Of a DNA stretch of 64,000 nucleotides, positions 63,357 through 64,000 are shown in pieces (the first letter of the stretch is position 1; the number at the start of each line of letters is the position of its first letter). The stretch is from Mustelus asterias. Its lineage: Eukaryota. The translations under genes were made by a program, and so were the position numbers. The stretch spans positions 42,222,001 to 42,286,000 of the forward strand of contig NC_135815.1 in the NCBI RefSeq assembly GCF_964213995.1, read 5' to 3'. The notes under the pieces were generated by a model. That model did no database searches, was not told where the DNA came from, and was given only the letters and a program-made list of their open reading frames with translations.

Positions 63357-64000
63357 GTAAGTACAAGTTGATCTTTCAAATTACATTTAACCTTGCCATA
63401 AAGCTGAGAACAATTTGAAAGTTTGAGAAGAATTACATCTCAGTTCTGATTTTGGATGAGAAGCAGGAACATTCATTCATATCGACATATGTTTAAATAT
63501 GGTTACTGTCAACAAAACTGCTGTGAGTAGCTACTGTGCCCCTCGGGGGACTATAGATGGTGTTGGTCAATACCAGGATGTCTTGCTGTGTTGTTTTGTT
63601 TATAGCAAGAGCTTGGTGCTCTGCAGGCACTGGGCAAGGTATCCTAACTGTTGCAAAATCAGTGAATTAATTGGTATGGGGTTGTGCACCAGGATGAAGC
63701 ATTGAGTAGGGTAACGAGGTCCCAAGAGGATTGAGGGAGGTAAACATAATTTAGAATAAATTATCACTCAGTAATATGAGGGACCAAATGTGGAGAAATG
63801 TGATTCAGACTAATGTTTGGAGTGCACATGCTTGAATCCCTGGAGAGTGGTAAATGAGGTTGAATTAATGAGTTTTAGGCACAAATTGCCACACGAGACC
63901 ATGACATGGTGGTGAAACAGAGACCTGACTCAAACAAGGAATGGAAAGCATACTTAGTAATCCTTGTTACAAAGTATCTAGGGAATATAGGGGAGAAAAT

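Overview
Vertebrate genomic DNA, almost certainly a shark/elasmobranch (HE1-type V-SINEs, abundant CR1/L2, Rex1, Harbinger and Penelope remnants). It holds the conserved PPP2R5A-DTL-INTS7 block: first coding exon and CpG promoter of PPP2R5A (minus strand, rest of gene off the left edge), the complete 15-exon DTL/CDT2 gene (minus strand, about 709 aa by my exon reconstruction) and INTS7 exons 1-4 (plus strand), head-to-head with DTL across a 191-bp bidirectional promoter. Best second-look signals: (1) four hairpin-shaped Penelope-like insertions carrying minimal hammerhead ribozyme motifs on opposite strands, with stem-I covariation between copies, plus two older hammerhead-bearing families; (2) an apparent ~5.3-kb inversion with inverted duplications at both breakpoints; (3) several locally templated duplications (674, ~250 and ~98 bp), one copied from a DTL intron 38 kb away; (4) a mutated tRNA-Val with a duplicated 5' half next to the PPP2R5A promoter. 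Gene identities are from recalled vertebrate protein sequences, not database searches; repeat boundaries are approximate.
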